Assembly: GCA_032718475.1 (NCBI GenBank)
Contig: JAUCBJ010009037.1
Coordinates: 15,644 to 79,643 of the forward strand
Length of the DNA stretch: 64,000 bases
Source: Nemertoderma westbladi
Lineage: Eukaryota; Animalia; Xenacoelomorpha
Direction: 5' to 3'
Part shown: one piece after another, positions 26,011-38,881 of the stretch
Layout: every line of letters starts with the position of its first letter
Position numbering within the stretch: position 1 is the stretch's first letter
The notes under the pieces: generated by a model
Database searches by the model: none
Told to the model about the DNA's origin: nothing
The model's input: the letters and a program-made list of their open reading frames with translations, nothing else
Made by a program: the position numbers and the translations under genes

Positions 26011-29000
26011 GTTATGTGTGATTTAGCTGTTATTACTGCCGTTATTGTGTGTGATTTAGCTGTTATTACTACCGTTATTGTGTGTGATTTAGCTGTTATT
26101 ACTACCGTTATTGTGTGTGATTTAGCTGTTATTACTACCGTTATTGTGTGTGATTTAGCTGTTATTACTACCGTTATTGTGTGTGATTTAGCTGTTATTA
26201 CTGCCGTTATTGTGTGTGATTTAGCTGTTATTACTACCGTTATTGTGTGTGATTTAGCTGTTATTACTACCGTTATTGTGTGTGATTTAGCTGTTATTAC
26301 TGCCGTTATTGTGTGTGATTTAGCTGTTATTACTACCGTTATTGTGTGTGATTTAGCTGTTATTACTACCGTTATTGTGTGTGATTTAGCTGTTATTACT
26401 ACCGTTATTGTGTGTGATTTAGCTGTTATTACTACCGTTATTGTGTGTGATTTAGCTGTTATTACTACCGTTATTGTGTGTGATTTAGCTGTTATTACTG
26501 CCGTTATTGTGTGTGATTTAGCTGTTATTACTACCGTTATTGTGTGTGATTTAGCTGTTATTACTGCCGTTATTGTGTGTGATTTAGCTGTTATTACTAC
26601 CGTTATTGTGTGTGATTTAGCTGTTATTACTACCGTTATTGTGTGTGATTTAGCTGTTATTACTACCGTTATTGTGTGTGATTTAGCTGTTATTACTACC
26701 GTTATTGTGTGTGATTTAGCTGTTATTACTGCCGTTATTGTGTGTGATTTAGCTGTTATTACTACCGTTATTGTGTGTGATTTAGCTGTTATTACTACCG
26801 TTATTGTGTGTGATTTAGCTGTTATTACTGCCGTTATTGTGTGTGATTTAGCTGTTATTACTGCCGTTATTGTGTGTGATTTAGCTGTTATTACTACCGT
26901 TATTGTGTGTGATTTAGCTGTTATTACTACCGTTATTGTGTGTGATTTAGCTGTTATTACTACCGTTATTGTGTGTGATTTAGCTGTTATTACTACCGTT
27001 ATTGTGTGTGATTTAGCTGTTATTACTGCCGTTATTGTGTATGATTTAGCTGTTATTACTACCGTTATTGTGTGTGATTTATCTGTTATTACTACCGTTA
27101 TTGTGTATGATTTAGCTGTTATTACTACCGTTATTGTGTGTGATTTAGCTGTTATTACTACCGTTATTGTGTGTGATTTAGCTGTTATTACTACCGTTAT
27201 TGTGTGTGATTTAGCTGTTATTACTACCGTTATTGTGTTTGATTTAGATGTTATTACTGCCGTTATTGTGTGTGATTTAGCTGTTATTACTGCCGTTATT
27301 GTGTGTGATTTAGCTGTTATTACTACCGTTATTGTGTGTGATTTAGCTGTTATTACTACCGTTATTGTGTATGATTTAGATGTTATTACTGCCGTTATTG
27401 TGTGTGATTAAGCTGTTATTACTACCGTTATTGTGTGTGATTTAGCTGTTATTACTACCGTTATTGTGTGTGATTTAGCTGTTATTACTACCGTTATTGT
27501 GTGGGATTTAGCTGTTATTACTACCGTTATTGTGTGTGATTTAGCTGTTATTACTACCGTTATTGTGTGTGATTTAGCTGTTATTACTACCGTTATTGTG
27601 TGTGATTTAGCTGTTATTACTAACGTTATTGTGTGTGATTTAGCTGTTATTACTACCGTTATTGTGTTTGATTTAGCTGTTATTACTGCCGTTATTGTGT
27701 GTGATTTAGCTGTTATTACTACCGTTATTGTGTGTGATTTAGCTGTTATTACTGCCGTTATTGTGTGTGATTTAGCTGTTATAACTGCCGTTATTGTGTG
27801 TGATTTAGCTGTTATAACTGCCGTTATTGTGTGTGATTTAGCTGTTATTACTACCGTTATTGTTTGTGATTTAGCTGTTATTACTACCGTTATTGTGTGT
27901 GATTTAGCTGTTATTACTACCGTTATTGTGTGTGATTTAGCTGTTATTACTAACGTTATTGTGTGTGATTTAGCTGTTATTACTACCGTTATTGTGTTTG
28001 ATTTAGCTGTTATTACTGCCGTTATTGTGTGTGATTTAGCTGTTATTACTACCGTTATTGTGTGTGATTTAGCTGTTATTACTGCCGTTATTGTGTGTGA
28101 TTTAGCTGTTATAACTGCCGTTATTGTGTGTGATTTAGCTGTTATAACTGCCGTTATTGTGTGTGATTTAGCTGTTATTACTACCGTTATTGTGTGTGAT
28201 TTAGCTGTTATTACTACCGTTATTGTGTGTGATTTAGCTGTTATTACTACCGTTATTGTGTTTGATTTAGCTGTTATTACTACCGTTATTGTGTGCGATT
28301 TAGCTGTTATTACTACCGTTATTGTGTGTGATTTAGCTGTTATTACTACCGTTATTGTGTGTGATTTAGCTGTTATTACTAACGTTATTGTGTGTGATTT
28401 AGCTGTTATTACTACCGTTATTGTGTTTGATTTAGCTGTTATTACTGCCGTTATTGTGTGTGATTTAGCTGTTATTACTACCGTTATTGTGTGTGATTTA
28501 GCTGTTATTACTACCGTTATTGTGTGTGATTTAGCTGTTATTACTACCGTTATTGTGTTTGATTTAGATGTTATTACTGCCGTTATTGTGTGTGATTTAG
28601 CTGTTATTACTGCCGTTATTGTGTGTGATTTATCTGTTATTACTACCGTTATTGTGTATGATTTAGCTGTTATTACTACCGTTATTGTGTGCGATTTAGC
28701 TGTTATTACTACCGTTATTGTGTGTGATTTAGCTGTTATTACTACCGTTATTGTGTGTGATTTAGCTGTTATTACTAACGTTATTGTGTGTGATTTAGCT
28801 GTTATTACTACCGTTATTGTGTGTGATTTAGCTGTTATTACTACCGTTATTGTGTGTGATTTAGCTGTTATTACTACCGTTATTGTGTGTGATTTAGCTG
28901 TTATTACTGCCGTTATTGTGTATGATTTAGATGTTATTACTACCGTTATTGTGTGTGAATTAGCTGTTATTACTACCGTTATTGTGTATGATTTAGCTGT

Positions 29001-29995
29001 TATTACTGCCGTTATTGTGTATGATTTAGATGTTATTACTGCCGTTATTGTGTGTGATTTAGCTGTTATTACTACAGTTATTGTGTGTGATTTAGCTGTT
29101 ATTACTACCGTTATTATGTGTGATTTAGCTGTTATTACTACCGTTATTGTGTGTGATTTAGCTGTTATTACTGCCGTTATTGTGTATGATTTAGATGTTA
29201 TTACTGCCGTTATTGTGTGTGATTTAGCTGTTATTACTACCGTTATTGTGTTTGATTTAGCTGTTATTACTACCGTTATTGTGTATGATTTAGATGTTAT
29301 TACTGCCGTTATTGTGTGTGATTTAGCTGTTATTACTACCGTTATTGTGTTTGATTTAGCTGTTATTACTACCGTTATTGTGTGTGATTTAGCTGTTATT
29401 ACTACCGTTATTGTGTTTGATTTAGCTGTTATTACTACCGTTATTGTGTATGATTTAGATGTTATTACTGCCGTTATTGTGTGTGATTTAGCTGTTATTA
29501 CTACCGTTATTGTGTTTGATTTAGCTGTTATTACTACCGTTATTGTGTGTGATTTAGCTGTTATTACTACCGTTATTGTGTGTGATTTAGCTGTTATTAC
29601 TGCCGTTATTGTGTATGATTTAGATGTTATTACTGCCGTTATTGTGTGTGATTTAGCTGTTATTACTACCGTTATTGTGTTTGATTTAGCTGTTATTACT
29701 ACCGTTATTGTGTATGATTTAGATGTTATTACTGCCGTTATTGTGTGTGATTTAGCTGTTATTACTACCGTTATTGTGTGTGATTTAGCTGTTATTACTG
29801 CCGTTATTGTGTATGATTTAGATGTTATTACTGCCGTTATTGTGTGTGATTTAGCTGTTATTACTACCGTTATTGTGTATGATATAGCTGTTATTACTAC
29901 CGTTATTGTGTGTGATTTAGCTGTTATTACTACCGTTATTGTGTTTGATTTAGCTGTTATTACTACCGTTATTGTGTGTGATTTCGCTGTTATTA
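26011..29995. repeat. 33-bp minisatellite GTTATTGTGTGTGATTTAGCTGTTATTACTRCC, about 120 copies
   Basis: Directly visible. Confidence 0.98.
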
Positions 29996-32628
29996 TTTTT
30001 TCATTTGAATCAAATCCACATTCCATATACAACCGTAAGCTAAGTGACGATCAAGAACTAAAACTCATTTTTTAAATAACTTCATTTGGCGACCTTCTTA
30101 ATTTTGGTTCTAATTTTTAAAGTCTTCGATAACAATCTTGTACACTTTGAAATTGATATATTATTCTCACTGTGCTTACGATTCCTGCGTAGTTTTATAG
30201 TTAGAATTATTATTTACTGTAGTTGTTTTTATTACGAAAGTTCACTAATTCATTGAAAATGGTGTTAATTATTTATTACTGTAGTTCAAGTTCAGCTATG
30301 TGTATAAAGGGTAAAACCAAAATGTTGAAGCGAAAATTAATAACTAGTACGTTTTGGAACCCTTTATAAACTATTTCTCTGATTATTTATTCCGAAATTC
30401 CTCTAAATTATGTTGTTTGCAATTTTAATGATGAATTCGAAATGTACCTATCCCAGATAGTAAATCTAAACGGTTTTATCAAAAATAGTTTCATTTCCCA
30501 TCACCTCATTATTACCGGACCGGTACTTACACCTAAGCACCTGTAACCTGCATGCAGCACTTCAACCTGTTTGATTATGGTTCCATTTTTTATAAATCTA
30601 TTGCTATTATTTATATGCTAGCTAAAAAAATACCCACCAGCAGTTATATTTACTTATAATTTTATATGCAATTTTTTGTTCTATAATTTCTATCACTAAA
30701 CGACATTAACGTCAGTTGAGTGATTATCATCAATAAACCGATAGATCAGGTGTAGCCATCTGTTATAGGATTGTTGGGTAATTTATGTGCTGTTTTACAA
30801 CGCGCAGTCAATAATTAAAATATTAAATGTGACAATTTTGGAATTATATATAGTTACATCATCGTGTGACTTTTCAGCCTTATGACCTGAGTGTATTTGT
30901 GTGCCGAGCGAGCGTAGTGAGTGAGTGATGTTCACGAAAATAAACGAGGGTCATTTAATGCTGGATAGTTGTCCCCTTTTCATCCTTCGATGTACGTAAT
31001 TTTCTTACATTATGCCAACTTATTGTGGTTCCGAATGCTTTATTAAACATTTTCATATTGTAATTAATGAAATGAATGTCCATTTATCCAACTAATTCCT
31101 ATCACTGTACGGTAAACAATCTTACACTTAGCATACAGATACAGCATGGCTATCATTCTCGCTAAGCTGATTGAGAATAATCACGACTTGTTCTAAAAGT
31201 TCGCTTTCCAACCTATTGGCCTCGACTTTGTAGCCTTAAGAGGATATCGCCAGAGCATTGATAAGTTAACATTATGTAACAAAGTTTTTAATAATAATAA
31301 TATTTATTAATTATAATATTAATTAATTAATCTATATAATATGTAATAACCAATCTGCAAATATTTTCATAGAATTTATAGTGCTTTTTATTGGCTGTGC
31401 TTTATGCTACGTGATTCCACTTGGGTTTCTGTGAATTTTAAATATATATTTTAAATTACTTTTCAACCGCTTGCTTACTATATATATACATGGAAAATAC
31501 AATTGACATCGAATATAGTTGACATTCATATTTTTTGTATCCTCATTCCTCCTTGTAGACTTCTTGTCTTTTTTCGTAGTTTTTTATATTTTTATGGTAT
31601 TCCTTTCTATTTAGTATACATATCAGCATATATTTTCATATCAAAGTGTTCGCCGGTTACGCCAGAAAATATATGAATTAAAAATTTATTAAAATATATG
31701 TTAAAACCGATCACATAAACACCTATATCTGATCTTTATGATATCAATCAATCACAATAATAGATGATAGGCCTACACAATTATAGATAAAATTTAATTG
31801 AAGAATAAGAAAAACTATATCATGATATCAAATATGATATCTATGTCCAGTCCATAATAAATGTTTAGGTGATACCTACCCTAATCTATGTCAATAAAAT
31901 GTAGGCCTACAAAGTTTATCTACTCGTATTCCCTTGTGCGCTTTAGTTAACTACTAAAGGACAGGTGGCGGGATTGGAAGCCGTTCTCAATGAAGTTCCA
32001 TTAAACCGTATCCTTCAGTAGGTTGCCTCCATAGTCGGGAATATTCCTTGAGGAATTTTTTGAAGAACTGAGAGGTTAGGAAATAGCATGGAGATCGACA
32101 ATGGTCGATGTTCATAGATCTTTAATCATTAAGGCTTTGAATTTCTATGTAACTAATTAATTAATTATTTATGCCGGCAGACCCAGAAACAAAACCGCCC
32201 CAAAAAAGTTCAATCCACGTGGTTGCAATTACACAAGTTTATAAACAGGGTGATGCAGTCCTAGACATGGGGAACTTGACGCAAATCACATGTCTGCGAA
32301 TTAACTTAGGGGAAGGAATTACAGTGGCGCGTTATTCTAAGCAAAACAATAAATGAAAGTCACTACCAAATTTTTTAGAGTAATCAACATGTTATTATTA
32401 TATTAGCATATTATATGAACATATTATATTGCGTGTAGAGTACCCCACACTACCTTATGCGCTAGGAGATTTATGGAAAGGGGGGGGGGGGGGGGGGGGG
32501 ACTCGTCTTGCACACCGGGAACAGCACTAATGTATCAGTCCAGTTTTATTGATTTATTGACATTTATTAATAATAATCAGTTGCAGTACAATGAATTTAT
32601 TTGATTTTTAGGCCAATTTTATTGTCAT

Positions 32629-34128
32629 TTAGTTTCTGGGATGAAACTTAACCCTGAAGTCTGCAGGCCTTATGAACATGGTTCCTTGGACCTCTTTTAT
32701 CGATGGTAATTTCCCATCGCTAGGGGGCGCTATTACGAAATTCTGAAGAAGATGACGGATAATAATCCTCATCTCGACTTTAGCCAACTGTTCCCCAAAG
32801 CAGATTCTTGGACCAAGGCCAAAGGGAATGAAACAATCTTTCTTGACAAATTGACCATCTTTATCCAGAAAGTGTTTCGGGTAAAATGTTTCTGGTTTTT
32901 CCCATACCGTTGGGTTATGGAGAATCGACCATATGTTTCCCATTATCGTTGCATTTTCCGGTAGGTTGTAGGTTTGAAACGTGGTAGACGACACCAGCCT
33001 ATGTGGTGCTGCGACCGGTCCGACACAACCGTACCTTAGCACTTCGTGCAATACCGCGTTCAAATAAGGTATCTTTCGGAACACCTCCGTGGATGGCTCT
33101 CCATCGCGGCCTATATACTCATCTAGAAGATCTTGACATCGCTTCTGAATGAAAGGGTTCTGTGCCATAACCAATACGAACCAACATATAGCGGACGTTG
33201 TGGTCTCTAAACCTCCGGAAAAGATATCTCGAATAACTGTTATCAGATTATCATTAGATAGATGTTCTATATTTACCGGGGTGTTCGATTGTTCGACTCT
33301 CGCAACTTCTTTCAGATATCCATCTATCAAATCCTCGTCTTCTTCGTCGTAGTTAATAGCAACGCGGTGTGCGTTAATTTGGAGTTGCAAAAGTTTGACT
33401 AACTTAACTTGGTTCATATAGACAATATATTGACTAGTTCCCGGAATATATCTACCGAAAGGAAACCTCCTGGCCCCGGGACCGCCGTTGTTGAGAACTG
33501 CTTGATTACAATCGCTGACCTCCCGAAAATACGGATCGTTTGAAGTAAAATGATGTCCGAAAACTATATGACATATAATGTTTGAAATGGTCAAAAATAT
33601 CGGACGGAATGGGTCTAAACCCTCCCCGTCTAGTTTCTTTATTTCGTCGCCGAGGATATTAGCCTCAATTACAACGCGTTGTTCGAAATACGATTTACCC
33701 ACTCCGATATTTCGAAGGATTTTCGAGGCCAGCTTTCTAGTAACTGTCCAACAGCTTCCATCATTAAAAATGATTCCTGTCATTTTCTTTTTGTCAGTTG
33801 CGTTTATTTTCGGTCTTCCAGAAAATATATTTGAATTGTCGACAAACGCCTTTTTGTAAACCTCGAATGAATTTAACACGAAGAGGCGTGTGGGTCCTAA
33901 TTTAAGGGTTATGACGTCACTACGAAGTTGGTTAGACCAGCGAACCATCACCGAGCCAAAAATTAGTGGAGTCACATTCCAAAGAGAAATTACATTGCCT
34001 AGGAAAGGCAGACCTTTTTTGGAGGGTGGGTAATTAGTATCCTCTTTCTTCCGATGTTGTTTTGAGTAGAAGAATGCATAACTGAATGCAATTATTATAA
34101 AGATAATTACAGGTAATATAGCAACCAT
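32629..34128 (-). CDS. Cytochrome P450, clan 2-like, 499 aa
   Basis: N-terminal membrane anchor from ATG at 34128 (MVAILPVIIF), I-helix GGLETT, K-helix EVLR, heme motif FGLGPRICFG. Confidence 0.93.
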   Translation of the reverse strand: MVAILPVIIFIIIAFSYAFFYSKQHRKKEDTNYPPSKKGLPFLGNVISLWNVTPLIFGSVMVRWSNQLRSDVITLKLGPTRLFVLNSFEVYKKAFVDNSNIFSGRPKINATDKKKMTGIIFNDGSCWTVTRKLASKILRNIGVGKSYFEQRVVIEANILGDEIKKLDGEGLDPFRPIFLTISNIICHIVFGHHFTSNDPYFREVSDCNQAVLNNGGPGARRFPFGRYIPGTSQYIVYMNQVKLVKLLQLQINAHRVAINYDEEDEDLIDGYLKEVARVEQSNTPVNIEHLSNDNLITVIRDIFSGGLETTTSAICWFVLVMAQNPFIQKRCQDLLDEYIGRDGEPSTEVFRKIPYLNAVLHEVLRYGCVGPVAAPHRLVSSTTFQTYNLPENATIMGNIWSILHNPTVWEKPETFYPKHFLDKDGQFVKKDCFIPFGLGPRICFGEQLAKVEMRIIIRHLLQNFVIAPPSDGKLPSIKEVQGTMFIRPADFRVKFHPRN

Positions 34129-34258
34129 GTTTCCAGAATTCCAGTGTTTCTTTTGAGCAGAAGGCCAAAAACAGGAAATCATAGAGTTCCACCTAGAATG
34201 CTGTAACACTTTTTGTGGCTGATATGAACCCAAATACGCAGAACTGCATTATGTCTCG

Positions 34259-35964
34259 AAATATAGTGTCGTTATTCAGGTACCTGCCCCCGGATGTAGG
34301 ACAATTCTGTCCCGGACAATTCGATCCGGACAATTCGGGCCCGGACAATTCGGTCCCAAAACACTAAATAAATGGGACCGAATTGTCCGGGACCGAATTG
34401 TCCGGGACCGAATTGTCCGGGACCGAATTGTCCTAGGACCGAATTGTCCGGGACCGAATTGTCCTGTCCCTGATAGCAACTATTTAGTGCTTTTTTTTAT
34501 ATTGGTGAATGTTCTAGAACATTACTGTAGTAGAGATATTTTTTTATGTTAGCTAGTGTTTTTTACTAGCTAGAATTTTTTGAAATTTTAAAAATACTGT
34601 ATTTTTTTTATTTTTGTTATTGGTAAGTGTTCGAGAACATTATTATATATTATTTATTAAGGCGTAGCTAGTGTTTTCTTTTACTAGCTATCATTTTCTT
34701 GAAATTATAAAAAAACTTGTGAAAACATCGATATTTCAGAATTAGGCCTAAACTGTTGCTGATTACATTAATTCCCAAAAATATTGATGATATTATAACA
34801 GTCCCTGAATGGGCATTACTGTGATAGCTATCTCCATTTTTTGTAATTCTTAAAATATGTTTAATAACTATGGTTTTTATTCTAGAAAATTTTAATAAAC
34901 GTGTTCGTTATTATTTTCATAATGACTGACCCTAACATTTCGAAATTGCATCTTTATTGGCAACAGAAGAGAGCGCTATTCGGCTATTATATATTTATTA
35001 CTTTTGCTCAATCGGTTGGATTACTACCTACTGGTAGTGACATTATTTTAATTTTCGCCATCATTTTTTTAGCTACAAGTGTTTAAAAAAGTTGTCTCCA
35101 TCGATATTGCACCACTTACACCGCAGTTACATGTATTCTTCCTTATAGTGATGCTGAATGTCGTGAAAAATAGCTGATATATATATGGGCGTTCGAAAAT
35201 TGCTTGGTTTTTCATCTGCGCGAGGCTATTTTAGAATATTTAAAAAATACACAATTTCTGAACATTATACAGTATTTATCTCAAAATAAAAGTAGCTGGG
35301 CAACACATTGTAAATCGCATCATATATTGGTTCTGAAAATTGATATGAGAAGCAATAATTTACTTTTTTCAAAATTGGCACTGCGGTTGACATTTGCGTG
35401 GAATGAGCCTGCGATATCTACTGTAAATACCATCTCCCTTTAATACAACAACCATTTTGAGAGGGTCGGAGCTACCCGGCAGTTTTTTTCAAATTTCAAT
35501 CATAATCCTCGAAATTTGGTTGATGATAGTTCGAAATTTTTTCTTACTGCTGCAGAGCCGGATTTTTTAATTTATGAGCTACAGTATTTCGATACAACAA
35601 GCCGATAATAAACGCCTTTTTAGGAATATTTAACCATCTCTGTTGGCTTAATTTTTCGTCTTTTTAATGTAATCTAGATATTATGAGAACTGCCTTTAAC
35701 TGCAGATTCCAAATCTGAAAACCGTTTTAAATTTCATCAACAATAATTGTCAAAGATACAGTATTATCAACATAATAAGGTGTACAATTTGAGACGTAAA
35801 TCGCTATAATTCTAATGTTTTATTTACTCAATTCTAGAATATTAATTACACCTAAATAAAGAAACATGATGGAGAGTTTTAAAGGCTCAAATAAATAATA
35901 ATTTATATTCTAGAATAAAGATAAAAAACAGGGGGGCAGGTACCTGAAATAAAGACACAATATT
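34259..35964. mobile_element. Possible non-autonomous TIR element directly upstream of the P450
   Basis: About 30-bp imperfect inverted repeats (..GTGTCGTTATTCAGGTACCTGCCCCC / GGGGGCAGGTACCTGAAATAAAGACAC..); TSD not resolved. Confidence 0.5.
34292..34470. repeat. Small foldback array of 15-bp GGACCGAATTGTCCG units (MITE-like)
   Basis: Left units GGACAATTC.. are inverted relative to the right units. Confidence 0.8.
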
Positions 35965-37530
35965 TCATGTAATGTAATACAGTAGCATACTTTAAATAAT
36001 TCCTCACTAGGCCTACATATTACAGTGGTCACAAGAGCTGGTTGATTACAATTTAGCCAAAATTGTGCCTTGCATTTAATTACCCGATAATGATAATACT
36101 GTAGGCCTATGTACTGTACTGTCTGTACAATTGTCTTCCTACATACCTTTTATTGTTATACATTAGAAGGCGAAACCTTCGCGACTCTTATAATTTGGCA
36201 TCGGCTTACCATTAATTAAATAATCAAACGTAAAGGGATAAATAATACAGTTTAGTAGAATGGTCACAAAAAGGGGGTGCGGGTATCGTATGTCTTAACA
36301 TTGTGGGGAGTAGGAGCGAGGAAGATTTTGCAGGTTTTCTTTCATCTTTAATGGCTTAATGCCAAACAAATACAATGAGGTGGGGAGGGGGGGGGGACTT
36401 GTCGCAAATCCCTCCTTGGCGAATTAATATCTCCTCGCTTCAATGTTAAATTAAAATTATCAATTTAGGGAAAGGAGCAGGTTACATTGGCATTGGCACG
36501 TTATTCTAACAAAAACAATAAACTAAAGTTAATAGAACAGGTTACAACTTTTTTGGGGAGTAATCAGCTGTTATTTGCGTCGAATTTCCCTAGTGGAGCT
36601 GGAGTGGGGTGAATTTTTACTAATCATGTTTCTGTACAGGGCTGGATTAAGCCAAATTGGCGCCCGGGTTTAAGCGCGACAATAAAAAATTGTAGGTCCT
36701 ACATAGTAGTGATCGGAATACACCATGTCCTGGAATTATAGTGTTGTAATTCAGTGACACGGCCACCCCCAATATCTTTCTCTAATCTTGATCAGATTGT
36801 ATGAAATTTGAAACAGAAATACTGTACTGTAGTTGCACCCCCCTCGTTGCTCGACCTTAGTGGGTGCGCAACAATTTTTATTTTTGCTTTCAATCTTTAG
36901 TTACAAGAGTTTGATATTGCACCAGACATATTGCAGAGCTATTCCTTAACCTATCCACGTCGCCCTTTCATTGGAAAACTCAGTATTCCCATCGCTTTTC
37001 ATTTTGAGAAAAACGCCAAAGACTTTGGAAGTTCTGCGATTGATGACCAAAGCAATGAATTCAACCAAAGATTTGTCAGAACCAAGCAGGTTGTTTTTCT
37101 AAATTTGTTAGTGAAATTTATAGGGCCTAGATTTCTAAATTTTTTAAACTTGTTTAGAAATATTTCTAAAACTAAATATTGAAAATAACAAATTTAAAAT
37201 TAATATATTACTTTACAGAGTTTTAAATAGAAACACATGAATCAGAATTTAACATTAACTCCTGTAATATCAAATACACTCATTTGTGGTATTGTTTTTA
37301 CGTAGATTGACATAGACTGTATACAATCATCACAGTCTAGGGGTGTTTCACTGACATTCCCGTAATTTAAAGTCTTTTTAGAGCATTTTTCAAGGAAACA
37401 TGAAAAATAATAGCTGAGGGTTGATTAGGTACAGTTAGCCTAGGCTGAGTGTGAGTCGGTCATGTGGAAAGGGACCAAGTCTGACCGGGTGGTAATCCTA
37501 CCGTGAACCTTAGGCATTCAGCGCGACCTG

Positions 37531-38803
37531 TGTACGCGCTTTTGAAGACCTTTAGCAGTTTAACCTGCCAAAATTTATATGTCTTTTGGTTTATAGATAT
37601 ACTTTAGAAGATGACAAATATTTAATACCAATAAACACAACATTAGCAGAAGCCAGCCTAGTGCGCGTCCATTCACCCGCTGGATAATCCCGGGAGACTG
37701 GATTCTGAGGGCTTAAATTATTATTGCAGTGAAGCTTACTGTATTGTATTATTCGATTGATCGTTAATAATTAATTTCTGACTAATATTATTTACTTTCG
37801 GGAAATATTAACAGTTCCTTTAGGACGTGGCGCTCTATTTAAATAGACAGAGATATGACTTATACTAATCACAACGGTAAGTCAGTAAGGCTTAAGATTC
37901 ACGTATGAGGCGCATTCTTTAGGAAATGCTTAGTTATCAATCACAATCATGCACACTACCGGTAACACACAATACTGCTCACTAATTTGCCGACCGTCAA
38001 TGAATTTTATCATATATAAAGCGAACAGCAATTGACTCATGTAGGGCTTATCAAATAGCATTAAATTCACTACAAACCACAACAATATAAGTCGCAATCG
38101 CTATATATAACCCGTCTCTCTAACCTGTAGTGTATCAAGAAAATTGGGAAATTTGGGTTCTTTATATATGTTCTCCAAATAATATTCAACCAAACACAAA
38201 AGTAAATGGCAGTATAATAATGTATATTGAACCGATAATACAAGAATAGAAACAAGTTGATATAAATTGATATATGATGTATTATGAATTGATAACAGTC
38301 ATACGCTCTATAATTTAAGCCTACTAATGTTTCTTCTAAAAGTATGAAACGAATTGATTCTAGAGCCGTTGTTCCTGGCCTAGACAGCAATAACAACAAA
38401 GTATCAAGAAAAAACAGTAAGACTGAACACTCTCCTTATGATCGACCGAAAAGCTACACGTCGACAGGAAAAATTGCTCTGATTGGTTCAAGCCAAACAA
38501 AGAACCATGCGTCCAATGGCTGTTTCCATGTCAGCAACCAGCTGTTAGATGTCGTAATATGAATCATCACGGCTAAGCTATGAAAGGTATTTGTCGCATT
38601 GCAGGTTTTTTGCCTTACCATGTCCGCTAAAACATGTATATAGCAGAATGACTTTTATGTCCGTTAAAACACCTGTAAAGGTACCTTGCGGGCGAGGGGA
38701 ATATATATACAGTTAGAGAACCCTTTTTAGAGTATTCCAGCGCCTGGGGGGAAACTGGATTGCGAAGCAAAAGGGCCAGTTATATCCCACAGAAGCTTTT
38801 ACA
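37531..38803 (-). repeat. 3' LTR (1273 bp)
   Basis: Nearly identical to 54994-56272; only a handful of differences seen by eye. Confidence 0.97.
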
Positions 38804-38811
38804 CCGCTCCC
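38804..38811 (-). other. Short polypurine tract
   Basis: GGGAGCGG on the minus strand abutting the 3' LTR. Confidence 0.7.
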
Positions 38812-38881
38812 AGAAAATGGGATTTGAGTCTATACAATATACAAAATCACAGTTTCTAATATACGTAAATACTCTAAACAG

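Noticed and set aside
26014-30075. 465-880 aa ORFs on both strands
   Set aside because: Artefact of a 33-bp repeat unit that lacks stops in some frames; no unique coding sequence. Not CRISPR, since there are no spacers.
34129-34233. 35-aa N-terminal extension of the P450 in the ORF track
   Set aside because: Begins at a non-ATG codon; the membrane anchor starts at ATG 34128
24183-36396. Scattered poly-G tracts as a functional G-quadruplex system
   Set aside because: Simple homopolymers with no consistent context
38070-38562. Short ORFs duplicated at 55535-56031
   Set aside because: Chance ORFs inside the LTRs; not conserved in the solo LTRs
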